64,000 nucleotides of DNA from Amphiscolops sp. MND2022. Lineage: Eukaryota. Within the stretch, counting starts at the first letter, position 1. Each line of letters begins with the position of its first letter. The position numbers were made by a program, and so were the translations under genes. The notes below the pieces were generated by a model. That model saw only the letters and a program-made list of their open reading frames with translations, searched no databases and had not been told where the DNA came from. The DNA lies in NCBI GenBank assembly GCA_964187785.1, contig OZ076409.1, positions 6,264,001-6,328,000 of the forward strand, read 5' to 3'. This document shows, one piece after another, positions 63,901 to 64,000 of this stretch.

Positions 63901-64000
63901 GGATCGAACTAAATCTTTCCAAGTTTTCAGCAATTAAAAACATCTATTTCAACCAATTAAACGCTCTACTAAACAAGATTTCGAGAGGTGTTGTCTTAGT

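Overview
AT-rich, repeat-dense eukaryotic (animal-like, spliceosomal GT-AG introns) genomic window. One intact host gene is present: a 3-exon glutaminyl-peptide cyclotransferase (QPCT family, 4824-10658). The rest is mostly nested mobile DNA: MITEs, DINE-1/Helentron-like non-autonomous elements, LINE RT fragments, and two tandem Ty3/Gypsy-like LTR arrays. The main finding is an ~18.9-kb cut-and-paste DNA transposon (20913-39850). It has perfect 18-bp TIRs (CAGTGGGGTAACCGGCAA) and a TA target duplication, and it splits a Gypsy pol frame. It carries four spliced genes in two divergent pairs: a Tudor/chromo-barrel-like protein, a RAG1/Transib-like DDE transposase with a C-terminal BRCT-like domain, a KDM2/KDM7-type JmjC demethylase whose acidic linker is built from 12 tandem intron+exon units, and a SETD8/PR-Set7-like SET methyltransferase. 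This looks like a mobile histone-methylation reader/eraser/writer toolkit. All domain calls come from manual motif recognition, not database searches.
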